NCBI GenBank assembly: GCA_965205505.1 | Contig: CBDBHB010000008.1 | Span: 864,001-928,000 of the forward strand | DNA length: 64,000 nt | Origin: Acidobacteriota bacterium | GTDB taxonomy: Bacteria; Acidobacteriota; UBA890; WLXD01 | Reading direction: 5' to 3' | Part shown: piece after piece, positions 36,806 to 47,562 of the stretch | Layout: each line of letters starts with the position of its first letter | How positions within the stretch are numbered: the first letter of the stretch is position 1 | The notes under the pieces: model-generated | What the model was told of the DNA's origin: nothing | What the model saw: only the letters and a program-made list of their open reading frames with translations | Database searches by the model: none | Program-made: the position numbers and the translations under genes

Positions 36806-38440
36806 CTACCGGATGCGGATGCCGTACTTGTCGAGCAGCGTGCCGGTGGCGCGCGCTAGCTCCGCCGTCGCCCGCCGGTGCTCGATACGAGCACGCAGCT
36901 CCTGCGAGCGTGACACGGCAAGCTGGTCCTGGAACTGCAACACCTCGAAGTTCGTCGACATCCCGACGCCGAACCGGTCTGTCTCTATGCGTAGCTGCTC
37001 CTCTGCAAGCTCGCGCGTCTTGCCGGTCGACTTCACCGCTTCGAACGCAGTACGCACTCCTCGGGCAGCCTGTCGCACCTCGAGCACAACCTGCTGCTCT
37101 GTACGGAGTCGCTCTGTGCGCGCTCGCTCCTCGTTTAGCGTCGCCTGCGCGTAGTTGCCCTCGGCAGTGCTGTTGCCCAGCGGTATGGTGATGTTGAACC
37201 CCGCGCTCCAGCTCGTGAAGTCGAGCCCCAAGAGCTCTTTGACCGCGTCGTTGTAGCCCCCAGGAATGACCTCGATCACCTCGCCGCCGAAGAATCCATC
37301 GCGGACTATGAGGTCACCGCCGATTCCGTTGGCTGAAAGCTGCCCAATGAGATCGAGCTTCGGCAGCAGCGCGTTACGGGTTGCCTTCACCTCTACCTGG
37401 CGTGCGTTGATGGTAGCCTGCGCCCCGGCGAGCTCAGCACGGCGTTCCCGGGCCTGCTGAATCGCCGCGTTGACGTCGATCTCGGTAGCTACGACAGTGG
37501 GCTCTTCGGTGGCGATGAGCTGGGTATCCCAGCCGGCGGGCAGACGATCGGCTCGTAGTAACGCGCGCAGCGCGTCGCGACTGTTATCGAGCGCGTTGCG
37601 CGCCACGATGAGGTCCGTCTCGCGGCCCGCAACTTGCACCTCGGCCTGGGTCGCCTCCACCGGCGCGATCAAGCCCACCTCGACCTGCGCCTGCGTGCGC
37701 TCGAGCTGCTCCAATGCCAGTCGCTGAGATGACTGCTTCACCTCGAGGTCGCGCTCGGCAAACACCAACTCCCAGTAGGCCCGCTCGACCTGCAACAGCA
37801 CCTGCTCGACCTGTGCCACGAACGAGGCGCGACTGACGGCAGTGTTGGCGCGAGCCAACAGCAATGGGGCTTCGGTGGCCGCACGTCCACGCCCGTTCAA
37901 CAACGGCTGTACGACGCTGACCGCCACGGTGTTGTTCCAGGCCGGATTCAGGCTGTTGAAGATGCTGTTCGAGTCGGTCCTCGAAGCGACGTAGCTAACG
38001 TCGTATCGCAACCCGAAGCCGAGCTGCTGCTGGAAGTCGAACAGCGACGCAAACGACCTCTGCGTGGTTACGTCGGCACCTGCCAGCGCCGTCGATGCCG
38101 GGAATCGCTGATCGGAGTAGCCAAGCCCGCCAAATCCGACACCGCCGCCGAAAGCACCGCCAGTGGGAAAGGGGGTGACGCCGATGGCACCGGGGATACC
38201 GAAGAACAACGACGGCTCGAACTGCCCCTTGGCAGTCGTTACTCGCTCGTCGGCAATCGACCGGTCGTAACGGACGACGCGGATGTCGAGGTTGTGTTCA
38301 AACGCCAGCTGTACCGCCTCGGGGAGGCTGATCTCGAGCTCGGCCTCCTGGTGCGGCGCGGCATAGACAAGGGCTGGTGTGGCCAGGGTGACCACGAGCA
38401 GGCGGAAGGCCGACCTGCCGAGAACCGATGAATCGAACAT
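36806..38440 (-). CDS. TolC-family outer membrane efflux protein
   Basis: Signal peptide; ISLPEAVQLAFEHN, QPLLNG, AYWEL, LLPKLDL, G.STNFEVL; ATG 38440. Confidence 0.9.
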   Translation of the reverse strand: MFDSSVLGRSAFRLLVVTLATPALVYAAPHQEAELEISLPEAVQLAFEHNLDIRVVRYDRSIADERVTTAKGQFEPSLFFGIPGAIGVTPFPTGGAFGGGVGFGGLGYSDQRFPASTALAGADVTTQRSFASLFDFQQQLGFGLRYDVSYVASRTDSNSIFNSLNPAWNNTVAVSVVQPLLNGRGRAATEAPLLLARANTAVSRASFVAQVEQVLLQVERAYWELVFAERDLEVKQSSQRLALEQLERTQAQVEVGLIAPVEATQAEVQVAGRETDLIVARNALDNSRDALRALLRADRLPAGWDTQLIATEEPTVVATEIDVNAAIQQARERRAELAGAQATINARQVEVKATRNALLPKLDLIGQLSANGIGGDLIVRDGFFGGEVIEVIPGGYNDAVKELLGLDFTSWSAGFNITIPLGNSTAEGNYAQATLNEERARTERLRTEQQVVLEVRQAARGVRTAFEAVKSTGKTRELAEEQLRIETDRFGVGMSTNFEVLQFQDQLAVSRSQELRARIEHRRATAELARATGTLLDKYGIRIR

Positions 38441-38904
38441 TCGTGGACCCTCCGGATATCTGCGATTCTCGCTCCGCCGAGCGAGACAAGCGGAGCGGCG
38501 GTATGCGCGCGTATTAACGAAGATTACCCGTTCCGGCGACCCCTGGTAGGCAGCCCGCATACTCAAATCGACGGACGGGCGGTGGTCGGCGCGGGACTCT
38601 CTCCTTGTTTCTCGTGGACACCGAGTCGGGAGATCGCGGCGGGCCAGAAAGTCCCTGACGAGCCGAGGTTGACCTGCATCTGGCGCGCCTCTCCTGTCCG
38701 GTCCTGTCCAGCCACGTCCGCTGTTGCCGTGAACTGTCAAACTCTGCTTATGCGTGCCTCCTGGATGCACGACGACCATCCTAGACGTGTACAATAGGTG
38801 CTCAAAGTCCCCCAATTGATAGGATGTGGTGGGCTGTGATTCGGGGCCGCGCATCCGACCCAAAGAGATCGTTCCGCGGTGCCCACCCTGGAGGAGTAGA
38901 TCTA

Positions 38905-40710
38905 ATGCGTCGCACACTGGTTCTGGTCGCTGCACTAGCGCTCGTGGCCACGACAGGTACTGCGGCTTTTGCGCAGGCGAAGAACGACCCGACCCAGGAA
39001 GGCACGACTGGTCTGTTTACCGTGGCGCGCGCCAGCGTGCTGGAGCCCGGGAAGTGGTCGCTCGGCGTTTTCTTTGATCGGATCGCCCGCGAGGAGGGCG
39101 ACTCCGTCATCACCTCCTACGGTTTCTCCGGCGCCTATGGCCTCGCCAACCGCGTCGAGGTGTTCTTCGGCGTAACCCCGCGCGTCGAGGTCGACCGGCG
39201 GTTCACCTCGGAGGCCACGCTGTTCGACATGCATCTCGTACCCGGCGGCAGCGGGCTTTTCTTCCTGCCACCGCTCTGCTGCTCGGGTCTCAACGACCAT
39301 CCGTTCGCAGCGCAGCGTGACCAGAGCGGATTCGGCGACGTCTGGATGGGCGTCAAGGTGAAGGTTGCAGGCGATCTCCGTGAGTACGGCGGCGTCGCCC
39401 TTCAGGGAATGGTCAAGCTACCGACCTCCGCTGCCAGCGACGGCATCGGTACCGGCGCTTTCAGCGTTGGCGGCAAGCTCATCGGCAGCACTGCGCTGGG
39501 TCGTCTCGGCGTCAACGCCTACGGCGGTTACCTGTGGCACGCTACGCCCGATCCCGCCGACAAGATCACCAGCCTCGTTGGGCGCAACATCACCGGAGCG
39601 CCGCTCGTGGCCCCGGAGACCGTGTTTCCGACCCTCTTCAATTTCGAGGTCAGCCCCGAGGTGCTTTACGGCGTCGGACTGCAGTTCCCGACCGACGGCC
39701 AGCTACAAGCGATCACCGAGTGGACCGGGGTCGCCGCCACCCAGAGCTCGACCGAGAACGACTTCATGGGCTACGCCGATCAGTCGGTCTACCGACTCGG
39801 CCTGCGTGCCGCGCTTGATAGTGGACTGTCGCTAAGCGCGGCCGCCAACTACCAGAGCCAGATCAACGTCCGCGATATCGCCTGGCAGACCGACGCGAGT
39901 GCAATCGACGGCGCGCTCAGGCGCTGGGGACTGCTGTTCGGGCTCGCCTACACCAATGGCGAGGGCAGGTCGGCATCGGAGGCCGAGGCGCGGCGCTTGG
40001 CCGAAGAGGAAGCGCGGCGCTTGGCCGAAGAGGAGGCGCGGCGCTTGGCCGAGGAGGAGGCCAGGAACCGAGCCCCGACGCTCACCTGCGAGGTCGAGAG
40101 GTCGACGGTTCGGCAGGGTGAGAGCGTGCGTGTGCGAGCGGTGACCAGCGACCCCAACGGCGACCCTGTAACCGTCACCTGGAGTGCCGCGGCGGGGAGC
40201 CTGAGCGCCACGACCGGCGACGTCGTTACCTGGAACAGCAGCGGCGTGGCGGCCGGTTCGGGTAACATCACCGGGCGGGCCAGCGACGGCCGGGGGGGCA
40301 CGGCGGACTGCACGGTTCGCATTGTCGTCGAGATACCGGAAATGCCGGACCTCACGCCGGAGGAACGTCCGTTCGATTGCTACGACTTCGGCTCGGGGAG
40401 CGCCCGGATCGACAACAGGTGCAAGGCAGTGCTCGACGACGTGGCCTTGGTGCTACGGCAGAACCCGAGCGCCACGGTTGCGATCACTGGGTACAGCGAC
40501 TTGGCAGGAGCGGCTACCGCCAACGACGAGCGTTCGCAGCAACGCGCCGACAACGCTCGGGCGGACCTCGTAGACCGTCATAGCATCGGCGCGTCGCGGA
40601 TCCATACGAGCTCGCGTGGCAGCAGCGAACAGATTGCCGACAGCAGCACCGCCGCCGGGCGGGCGCGCAACCGCCGCATTCACATCGTCGTTACGATCCC
40701 ACCGCGCTAG
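38905..40710 (+). CDS. OmpA-family outer membrane protein (beta-barrel, EEEARRLA linker, Ig-like domain, OmpA C-domain)
   Basis: GGAGGAG RBS before ATG 38905; ITGYSD...N..RSQQRA...NRR. Confidence 0.88.
   Translation: MRRTLVLVAALALVATTGTAAFAQAKNDPTQEGTTGLFTVARASVLEPGKWSLGVFFDRIAREEGDSVITSYGFSGAYGLANRVEVFFGVTPRVEVDRRFTSEATLFDMHLVPGGSGLFFLPPLCCSGLNDHPFAAQRDQSGFGDVWMGVKVKVAGDLREYGGVALQGMVKLPTSAASDGIGTGAFSVGGKLIGSTALGRLGVNAYGGYLWHATPDPADKITSLVGRNITGAPLVAPETVFPTLFNFEVSPEVLYGVGLQFPTDGQLQAITEWTGVAATQSSTENDFMGYADQSVYRLGLRAALDSGLSLSAAANYQSQINVRDIAWQTDASAIDGALRRWGLLFGLAYTNGEGRSASEAEARRLAEEEARRLAEEEARRLAEEEARNRAPTLTCEVERSTVRQGESVRVRAVTSDPNGDPVTVTWSAAAGSLSATTGDVVTWNSSGVAAGSGNITGRASDGRGGTADCTVRIVVEIPEMPDLTPEERPFDCYDFGSGSARIDNRCKAVLDDVALVLRQNPSATVAITGYSDLAGAATANDERSQQRADNARADLVDRHSIGASRIHTSSRGSSEQIADSSTAAGRARNRRIHIVVTIPPR
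39984..40062 (+). repeat. 24-bp tandem repeat x3 encoding EARRLAEE
   Basis: gcgcggcgcttggccga(a/g)gagga repeated. Confidence 0.9.
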
Positions 40711-40719
40711 CAGGCCGCG

Positions 40720-42771
40720 GTGACAGCTCGGAAAACCCGGGCGCTGGCTCTTACGGCTGGGGCGATGCTCGCCATCGCCCCAGCCGTATTCTCGTCGTCG
40801 GCGACCGGCACCCAGGAATACACGCCCGAACGCATCACGGCACACCTTGGCACGCGCGTCGGCCGGAGCCTCGGACCTCCAGGCGGGGAGGTTCGGTCTC
40901 TCGTAGTGTCGCCGAGCGAGCCGACTCGCCTGTACCTGGGGACCGCAACGGGCCACGTGTACGCCTCGCTCGACACCGCCCAAACCTGGGAGGAGCTACC
41001 GATCGCTCTCGGACACGACGCGGTGATCGACAACCTGCTAGTTCACCCCGGCGACGCCGACATCGTGTTTGCGGCCTATTGGACGCCGCAGGGCAGTGGC
41101 GGCCTGGCCCGCACGAGTGACGGTGGCGCGACATGGAAGCTCGTGTCGCTGCCGGGCGATCCGTCGCTGCGGTCCATCGCCGTCGCCCCTTCGCGCGTGC
41201 GCACCATGTACGTGGGCGGGATCGGCGGCGTCTGGCGCAGCGACGACGGCGGCGACTCATGGACGAACGTCAACGGCGAGGGCCTAGTGGCCGAGTTCGT
41301 AGAGTCGCTGGCGGTCGACCCACGCGACCCCGATCACGTCTACGCCGGTACCTGGAGGCAGGTCTATCGAAGCCACGACGGCGGAGCTACCTGGCATCGC
41401 GTCTATCAGGGGATGGCTATCGATCGCGACATCTTCTCGTTGGCTATCGACCCCAACGATCCTGATACCGTGCTCGCGGGCACCTGCAACTTCCTGTACT
41501 GCTCTAACAACGCAGGCGACACCTGGGCTGAGCGCCGCACCGGAGTGTCGCCCGCGCACAATCGCATACACACGATCGTCCACGACCCTCGCAACCCCGA
41601 AGTGATCTACGCGGGCACTCGCGGGGCCCTCTATCAATCCACCGACAGTGGTATCAACTGGTCGATTCTTCTTGGCGCCGTCTCGGTGAGCGCCCTCGCC
41701 CTCGGACCGCGGGGGGACCAGCTCTTCGTGGCAACCGAGGAGCGCGGCGTTCTGGCGGGCACTCCCAGCGACGGCTTTGGCGAGCGCAACCGCGGCCTTC
41801 ACAGCGCTCGGGTCGTGGCGTTCGACGTGTTGCCAGGCGCGCCACGCGTCCTGTTCGCCGCACGCAGCGACGGACCCCTGCGTGAGTCGGTTCATATCTC
41901 CACCGACATCGGTCAGACGTGGCGGCCGCTCGGCGTAACCCCCTCGATCGGCTCGATCCGATTCCTGCGGGCACAGATCGACCCCGTCAACCGTGCGTTG
42001 GTTGTCGGCGAGACGGGTTGGTGGAGTGTTTTCCCAGGCGGTCGCTGGGTGCCCATTCCCTCCCCTCCCGGGGACCTCACGGCCCTCGAGATCGCCCACG
42101 CGGTGGATGGACTTGTCATCGCCGCCACTAGCAGCGGCCTGTACCTGGCGGCGGCCACCGCTCTCGACGACAAGCAGGGTGCCGCACAGCCTTTCGACGG
42201 CGATGCCGCACCCGTGTGGCGGGCAATATGGAGCGGCGCCGCCGTCGAGGCACTGACGGTTGGCGATACGTTCGCGCTCGCCGTGGGCGACGGCTGGGCC
42301 GTGCGAGGCGACCTCCGTGAGCTGGTCACCGGACAGCGGCCCCAGACGGCGAAGCTCAAGGGATTACCGGGAGGCGTCGAGGACCTCGCCCTCCACCCCG
42401 AGGATCGGAACATCGCCTACGCGGTGACTGCCAGCGCCATCTACCGGACGGAAGACGGTGGAGTGGCCTGGACGCAGCTGCCCATTCCCTGGCCAGCCTC
42501 GGGGCTGCGCGCGGTGGAGGTGGACCCCGCCAATCCAGATCAGATACTGGCGCTCGACTACAGCGGTGCTCTGTACCGCGGCCACGGCGAGGGTCAGCAT
42601 TGGCTCGTTCTCGACGAGGACCCCGGCCTCGATCGAGCCTGGGCGCTGCGACTCAGCGCGCAGGCGCCGGGGTATGCTTTGGTAGCTACCCGCGGCCACG
42701 GCCTGCGAGTGGTCGACATTAGTCCACTCGCGGCACCGACTGCTGGCCGGGGTGACAAGCCCGACGCGTGA
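40720..42771 (+). CDS. Secreted BNR/Asp-box beta-propeller protein (YCF48/sortilin-like)
   Basis: Repeated S.DGG.TW Asp-boxes; signal peptide. Confidence 0.85.
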   Translation: MTARKTRALALTAGAMLAIAPAVFSSSATGTQEYTPERITAHLGTRVGRSLGPPGGEVRSLVVSPSEPTRLYLGTATGHVYASLDTAQTWEELPIALGHDAVIDNLLVHPGDADIVFAAYWTPQGSGGLARTSDGGATWKLVSLPGDPSLRSIAVAPSRVRTMYVGGIGGVWRSDDGGDSWTNVNGEGLVAEFVESLAVDPRDPDHVYAGTWRQVYRSHDGGATWHRVYQGMAIDRDIFSLAIDPNDPDTVLAGTCNFLYCSNNAGDTWAERRTGVSPAHNRIHTIVHDPRNPEVIYAGTRGALYQSTDSGINWSILLGAVSVSALALGPRGDQLFVATEERGVLAGTPSDGFGERNRGLHSARVVAFDVLPGAPRVLFAARSDGPLRESVHISTDIGQTWRPLGVTPSIGSIRFLRAQIDPVNRALVVGETGWWSVFPGGRWVPIPSPPGDLTALEIAHAVDGLVIAATSSGLYLAAATALDDKQGAAQPFDGDAAPVWRAIWSGAAVEALTVGDTFALAVGDGWAVRGDLRELVTGQRPQTAKLKGLPGGVEDLALHPEDRNIAYAVTASAIYRTEDGGVAWTQLPIPWPASGLRAVEVDPANPDQILALDYSGALYRGHGEGQHWLVLDEDPGLDRAWALRLSAQAPGYALVATRGHGLRVVDISPLAAPTAGRGDKPDA

Positions 42772-42808
42772 TCACCGAGCCTGCCACACCGCGACCTGCT
42801 AGAGACCC

Positions 42809-43381
42809 ATGGAATCGATTGGCGCCGTGCTCGACCCGTCTCACCGTCGACGCATCATCCTGATCACCAGCGTCTGCGTGCTGGTCATCGACCAGATCAC
42901 CAAGACGCTATGCTGGATGAACATTCCCCTGCACGCGCGGGTACCGGTGTTCGGCAACGTGCTCTCGCTCACGCATGTACACAATCGCGGGATGGCCTTC
43001 GGCTTCTTCAACACCGGACAGGCCGAGTGGGTTCGCTGGGTGTTGGTAGCGGTGGCGATCGCGGCGGTTGGGATCATCTGGTCGTACGCTCGTCACGAGA
43101 GCACGCAACGGTCTGTGGTCGTTGCCTTCGGGGCGATTCTTGGCGGCGCCATGGGGAACCTGGTCGATCGGTTGCTTTACGGTTACGTCGTCGACTTCGT
43201 GCTTCTGCACTGGAACCGGCACGAGTTCCCCGCTTTCAACGCCGCCGACTCAGCCATTACCATGGGTGGTATCGCTCTGTTCCTGGCACTGGCCCGGGAT
43301 ACCGAGGAACCAGCAGAACCCGAGCACTCCCCGAGCGACGTCGTAACACCGGCCGATGAGCCGGCGAGTGACGACGCCTGA
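42809..43381 (+). CDS. lspA: Lipoprotein signal peptidase II
   Basis: DQITK, NRGMAFG, GGAMGNLVDR, VVDF, FNAADSAI. Confidence 0.96.
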   Translation: MESIGAVLDPSHRRRIILITSVCVLVIDQITKTLCWMNIPLHARVPVFGNVLSLTHVHNRGMAFGFFNTGQAEWVRWVLVAVAIAAVGIIWSYARHESTQRSVVVAFGAILGGAMGNLVDRLLYGYVVDFVLLHWNRHEFPAFNAADSAITMGGIALFLALARDTEEPAEPEHSPSDVVTPADEPASDDA

Positions 43382-43396
43382 GGTCACGAGGTTTCG

Positions 43397-44296
43397 ATGT
43401 TCCCGATTCTGTTTCGGCTGCCGATCCCCGGCATCGGCCCCATTACAATCCACACGTATGGCGTCCTGCTGGTCGTTGCCTTTCTGGTCGCCGTCATCGT
43501 GGCGCGTCGTCTGGCACGTCGCGAGGGCATCGACCCAGATCAGATGGTCGACCTCGGCGTCTACGTCATCCTCGGCGGTCTGGTGGGAGCGAAGCTGCTG
43601 CTGCTGCTCGTCGATCACGACTTCTACGGTCGACAGTTCAGAAGCATCCTCGAGGACGGCGGCGGTGGTGTTGGCGAGGCGCTCTCGCCGTATCTCGGCA
43701 GCTTCGGCGCGTTCCTTGGAACGGTCTCGCGAATGGGGCTGAGCTTGCTGCAGGCCGGAGGCGTCTTCTACGGCGGCATGATCGCCGGCTTGGTGGTCGG
43801 AATCTGGTACATACGCCGCTACGCGATGCCCTTGTGGAAAGCCACCGATGTCGCAGCACCGGCAATCGCCATCGCGCATGCGTTCGGCCGCGTCGGCTGC
43901 TTCGCAGCGGGCTGCTGCTACGGCATCCCCACCGATGCACCCTGGGGCGTTACGTTCGAGAACAGTTACAGTGGCACGCTGGTGGGTGTTCCACTGAATA
44001 TCCCTCTGCATCCTACGCAGCTGTACTCCGCGCTCGGCAACTTGGCGATCTTCGGGCTGTTGCTGTGGTTGTACAAGCGCAAGAAATTCGACGGCCAGGT
44101 GTTCTGGGTGTACGTGCTGGGATACGGCGTTTTCCGATTCGTGCTCGAGTTCTGGCGCGGTGATCCTCGAGGGACAGTCTTCGGCGGCATGCTTTCTACC
44201 TCGCAGTTCGTCTCCATCGTGATGGTGACGCTGGCACTGGGTATGTTGGCGCGCTTGCGCACCGGGATGCAGAAGACAGCGGAGAGCACCACCTGA
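43397..44296 (+). CDS. lgt: Prolipoprotein diacylglyceryl transferase
   Basis: HTYG, GGVFYGG, GRVGCF.AGCCYG, HPTQLY, RFVLEFWRGD. Confidence 0.95.
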   Translation: MFPILFRLPIPGIGPITIHTYGVLLVVAFLVAVIVARRLARREGIDPDQMVDLGVYVILGGLVGAKLLLLLVDHDFYGRQFRSILEDGGGGVGEALSPYLGSFGAFLGTVSRMGLSLLQAGGVFYGGMIAGLVVGIWYIRRYAMPLWKATDVAAPAIAIAHAFGRVGCFAAGCCYGIPTDAPWGVTFENSYSGTLVGVPLNIPLHPTQLYSALGNLAIFGLLLWLYKRKKFDGQVFWVYVLGYGVFRFVLEFWRGDPRGTVFGGMLSTSQFVSIVMVTLALGMLARLRTGMQKTAESTT

Positions 44297-45291
44297 GTCC
44301 ACCCGATCTACGTCCCGAGCCGACGACGATACGGCTCGAGATCGGCGACCAGGAGGCCGGCGAGAGACTCGACCGATTGCTGGCACGCCGGCTCGCCGAC
44401 GTGTCGCGTTCTCGTGTGCGTCGTCTGATTGATGCAGGCGCTGTGCGCATCGGAGACAAGCCCGCCCGCAAGGCCTCCATCCCGGTTAGCTCGGGACAGA
44501 TCATCCACGTCATCCTCGCGCCACGTCCGCCAGACTGGGACGTCACCCCCGAGGATATCCCGCTCGATGTCCTGTACGAGGACGCCTCGCTAGCGGTGAT
44601 CAACAAGCCGGCCGGCATGGTCGTGCACCCGGCTCCTGGCCATCCCACCGGCACGCTGGTGCACGCGCTGCTGCACCGCTATCAACGACGCCTCTCGGCG
44701 CTGACCGACACCGCCAGGCCAGGCATCGTCCACCGCCTCGATCGCGGTACCAGCGGTTTGATCGTCGTCGCAATGACCGACATGGCGCATCAGCGAATCG
44801 CCGACCAGTTCGCCAACCGCACAGTGAGCAAAGAGTACCTGGCCCTGGTTTTTGGGCGGCCGAAGACACGCAGCGGCACGATCGACACACCGCTGGGACG
44901 TGACCGATCCGATCGCAAGAAGATCTCCGCCAACACCGCCCAGGCGCGCGACGCCCTCACGCGCTGGAGCTTCGAAGAGGATTTTCCGGGACCGGGTATC
45001 ACACTGCTACGCGCGTTTCCGCATACCGGCCGTACGCACCAGGTACGTGCGCACCTGGCGCACATCCACCATCCGCTGGTCGGTGATTCGCTGTACTCCG
45101 GGAAACAATGGAAGGGGATCCAGGACATCACAGTCCGGCGGGCGATCGCTGGCTTCGGGCGACCCGCGCTTCACGCTCACAGGCTTGCGTTCGAACACCC
45201 CGACGACGGTCGACGGATGGAGTTCGAGCTGGCACCGCCCGACGACATGAGCACCCTACTCACCACCCTGAGGCAGGCTCGGCCGTCCTGA
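44293..45291 (+). CDS. rluD: RluA/RluD-family pseudouridine synthase, probable CTG start
   Basis: GERLDRLL S4 motif upstream of the first TTG; NKPAGMVVHP, HRLDRGTSG, TGRTHQVR, ALHA. Confidence 0.9.
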   Translation: MSPPDLRPEPTTIRLEIGDQEAGERLDRLLARRLADVSRSRVRRLIDAGAVRIGDKPARKASIPVSSGQIIHVILAPRPPDWDVTPEDIPLDVLYEDASLAVINKPAGMVVHPAPGHPTGTLVHALLHRYQRRLSALTDTARPGIVHRLDRGTSGLIVVAMTDMAHQRIADQFANRTVSKEYLALVFGRPKTRSGTIDTPLGRDRSDRKKISANTAQARDALTRWSFEEDFPGPGITLLRAFPHTGRTHQVRAHLAHIHHPLVGDSLYSGKQWKGIQDITVRRAIAGFGRPALHAHRLAFEHPDDGRRMEFELAPPDDMSTLLTTLRQARPS

Positions 45292-45477
45292 GGCCAGATC
45301 GGAACGCTCCCCTGCTACTCCAACGAACGCACAAAGATCACCTTGACCATGGTACCATCCAGCGCTTTCGCGCAGTCTTCGCGCCGACCGGTTCTTCGTC
45401 GGCCCGCACGGCCCCCCCCTTGATCCCGCTGCGTGCCTGTCGGCGGCGCTACCCTGAAAGAAGGAGCGAGGGTAGGC

Positions 45478-47562
45478 ATGGCCAAGTTCGCGAGCGAGGA
45501 TCTCCGGAACGTAGGTGTTATCGGGCACGATGACACCGGTAAGACGACCCTGGTGTCGGCGTGCCTTTACACCACTGGAGCTGTAAGCCGGCTCGGGCGG
45601 GTCGAGGATGGTCATTCGACCACCGACTTCGACGAGGAGGAGATCGACCGCCAGATCTCGATCCAGGTCGGCCTCGCCTATGCGCAGTGGCGTGGCTCCC
45701 AGATCACTTTCGTGGACACTCCCGGATACGCCGTATTTCGGGCCGAGACCAAGGGCGCGATGCGAGTGGTGGACGGCGCGCTGGTCACCGTCGACGCCCT
45801 ATCGGGCGCCGAGGTCATGACCGAGAAGGTGTGGGAGTACATGCGCGACCTCAAGGTCCCGGGCGTCATCGTCATCAACCGCCTGGATCGCGAGAACGGC
45901 TCGTTCGAGCGTCCCGTCGAATCGTGCGTCGACTCCTTCGGGCGCGAGGTCGTGGCTTTGCAGCTACCGATCGGCGCGGCCGACAAATTCAGAGGCGTAG
46001 TCGACTTACTGGACATGAAGGCCTACACCTACGCCGTCGATGGCGACGGCAAGGGCACCGTAGGCGACGTTCCGGACGACATGAAAGACGCCGCCGAGGC
46101 GGCGCGCGAGGCGCTCGTGGAGATGGTCGCCGAGAGCAACGAAGAGCTCATGGAAATCTACTTCGAGGAGGGCGGTCTCACCAGAGACCAGCTCACCGAA
46201 GGTGTACGCCAGGCGGTATTCGCGATGAGCTTGTTCCCGGTACTGTGTATGTCGGCAGCGCACAATATCGGCACGGATCGGGTGCTTGATGCATGCCTCG
46301 ACTTCCTTCCATCGCCTACCGATCGCCGACAGCTGCTGGCACGTGACGAGGGCGAGGACGTGTGGATTGACGCCGAGGCAGACGCCCCATTCGCCGGACT
46401 CGTCTTCAAGACGGTCTCCGACGCGTTTGCCGGTCGCATCAACTATGTCAAGGCGTTCACCGGCGGCGTCAACGCCGACGCTACCGTCGTCAACGCGCGC
46501 ACCGGATCGAACGAGCGACTCTCCAACATGTCCTTGGTGCAGGGCAAGCAGCTCGAACCCCTCGCCGCGGCGGTCGCCGGGCAAATCTTCGCGGTCACCA
46601 AGCTCAAGGACACCGGAACGTCGGACACCTTGCGCGACAAGCCGAGCAGGGCGGTGATCGAGCACGTCACGTTCCCGAAGCCGGCGATCTCGTTCGCCCT
46701 GGAGCCCGAGAGCAAGGGCGACGAGGAGAAGATCAGCAACGCCATTGCGCGCCTCAGAGACGAGGACCCGACGCTCGGCGTGGAGCGTGACCCGCAGACC
46801 CACGAGCTGTTGCTCTCGGGCATTGGACAGCTGCACGTCGAGGTAACCCTGGCGAAGATGAAACGTCGCTATGGGGTCAACGCCAAGCTGCATCCGCCCA
46901 AGGTTCCGTACCGCGAGACCATCCGCGGCACCGCCCACGCCGAAGGGCGTCACAAGAAGCAGTCTGGTGGTCGCGGACAGTTCGGCGTCGCCAAGATCAC
47001 TGTCGCGCCACTTCCCGCCGGGAGTGGCTTCCAGTTCGAAGACAAAATCTTCGGCGGTTCGATCTCGCAGTCATATCGTCCGGCGGTCGAGAAGGGCATC
47101 ATCGAGGCATCGGCTCGCGGCGTGTTAGCCGGATACCCGATGGTCGACTTCAAGGTCGAGCTGACTGACGGTAAGGAGCACGCTGTCGACTCATCGGAGA
47201 TGGCGTTCAAGATTGCCGGCTCAATCGCCTTCAAAGACGCTTTACCGCGGGCGAGGCCGGTGCTGCTCGAACCCATCATGAAACTGGAGATCAACGTGCC
47301 CGACGATTCTATGGGCGACGTGATGGGGGACCTGAATTCCCGCCGCGGGCGCGTGCAGGGCATGGATCCCCGCAAGAACCGGCAGATCATCCACGCAGAG
47401 GCGCCGCTGGCGGAGCTGCTCAGCTACGCTGTGGAGCTCAACTCGCTCACCGGCGGGCGCGGCACGTACACGATGGAGTTCTCCCGCTACGATGACGTGC
47501 CGCCGAACGTCGCGCAGAAGGTGATCGAAGCGAGCAAGCGAGCTGCGGATGCAGCGAACTAG
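45478..47562 (+). CDS. fusA: Elongation factor G paralogue (EF-G2-like)
   Basis: GHDDTGKT, RQISI, DTPGY, NRLD, KKQSGGRGQFG, DSSEMAF; not in an str operon. Confidence 0.9.
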   Translation: MAKFASEDLRNVGVIGHDDTGKTTLVSACLYTTGAVSRLGRVEDGHSTTDFDEEEIDRQISIQVGLAYAQWRGSQITFVDTPGYAVFRAETKGAMRVVDGALVTVDALSGAEVMTEKVWEYMRDLKVPGVIVINRLDRENGSFERPVESCVDSFGREVVALQLPIGAADKFRGVVDLLDMKAYTYAVDGDGKGTVGDVPDDMKDAAEAAREALVEMVAESNEELMEIYFEEGGLTRDQLTEGVRQAVFAMSLFPVLCMSAAHNIGTDRVLDACLDFLPSPTDRRQLLARDEGEDVWIDAEADAPFAGLVFKTVSDAFAGRINYVKAFTGGVNADATVVNARTGSNERLSNMSLVQGKQLEPLAAAVAGQIFAVTKLKDTGTSDTLRDKPSRAVIEHVTFPKPAISFALEPESKGDEEKISNAIARLRDEDPTLGVERDPQTHELLLSGIGQLHVEVTLAKMKRRYGVNAKLHPPKVPYRETIRGTAHAEGRHKKQSGGRGQFGVAKITVAPLPAGSGFQFEDKIFGGSISQSYRPAVEKGIIEASARGVLAGYPMVDFKVELTDGKEHAVDSSEMAFKIAGSIAFKDALPRARPVLLEPIMKLEINVPDDSMGDVMGDLNSRRGRVQGMDPRKNRQIIHAEAPLAELLSYAVELNSLTGGRGTYTMEFSRYDDVPPNVAQKVIEASKRAADAAN

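Noticed and set aside
38441-38904. ncRNA or riboswitch between tolC and ompA
   Set aside because: No recognisable family motif; adequately explained as a divergent promoter region
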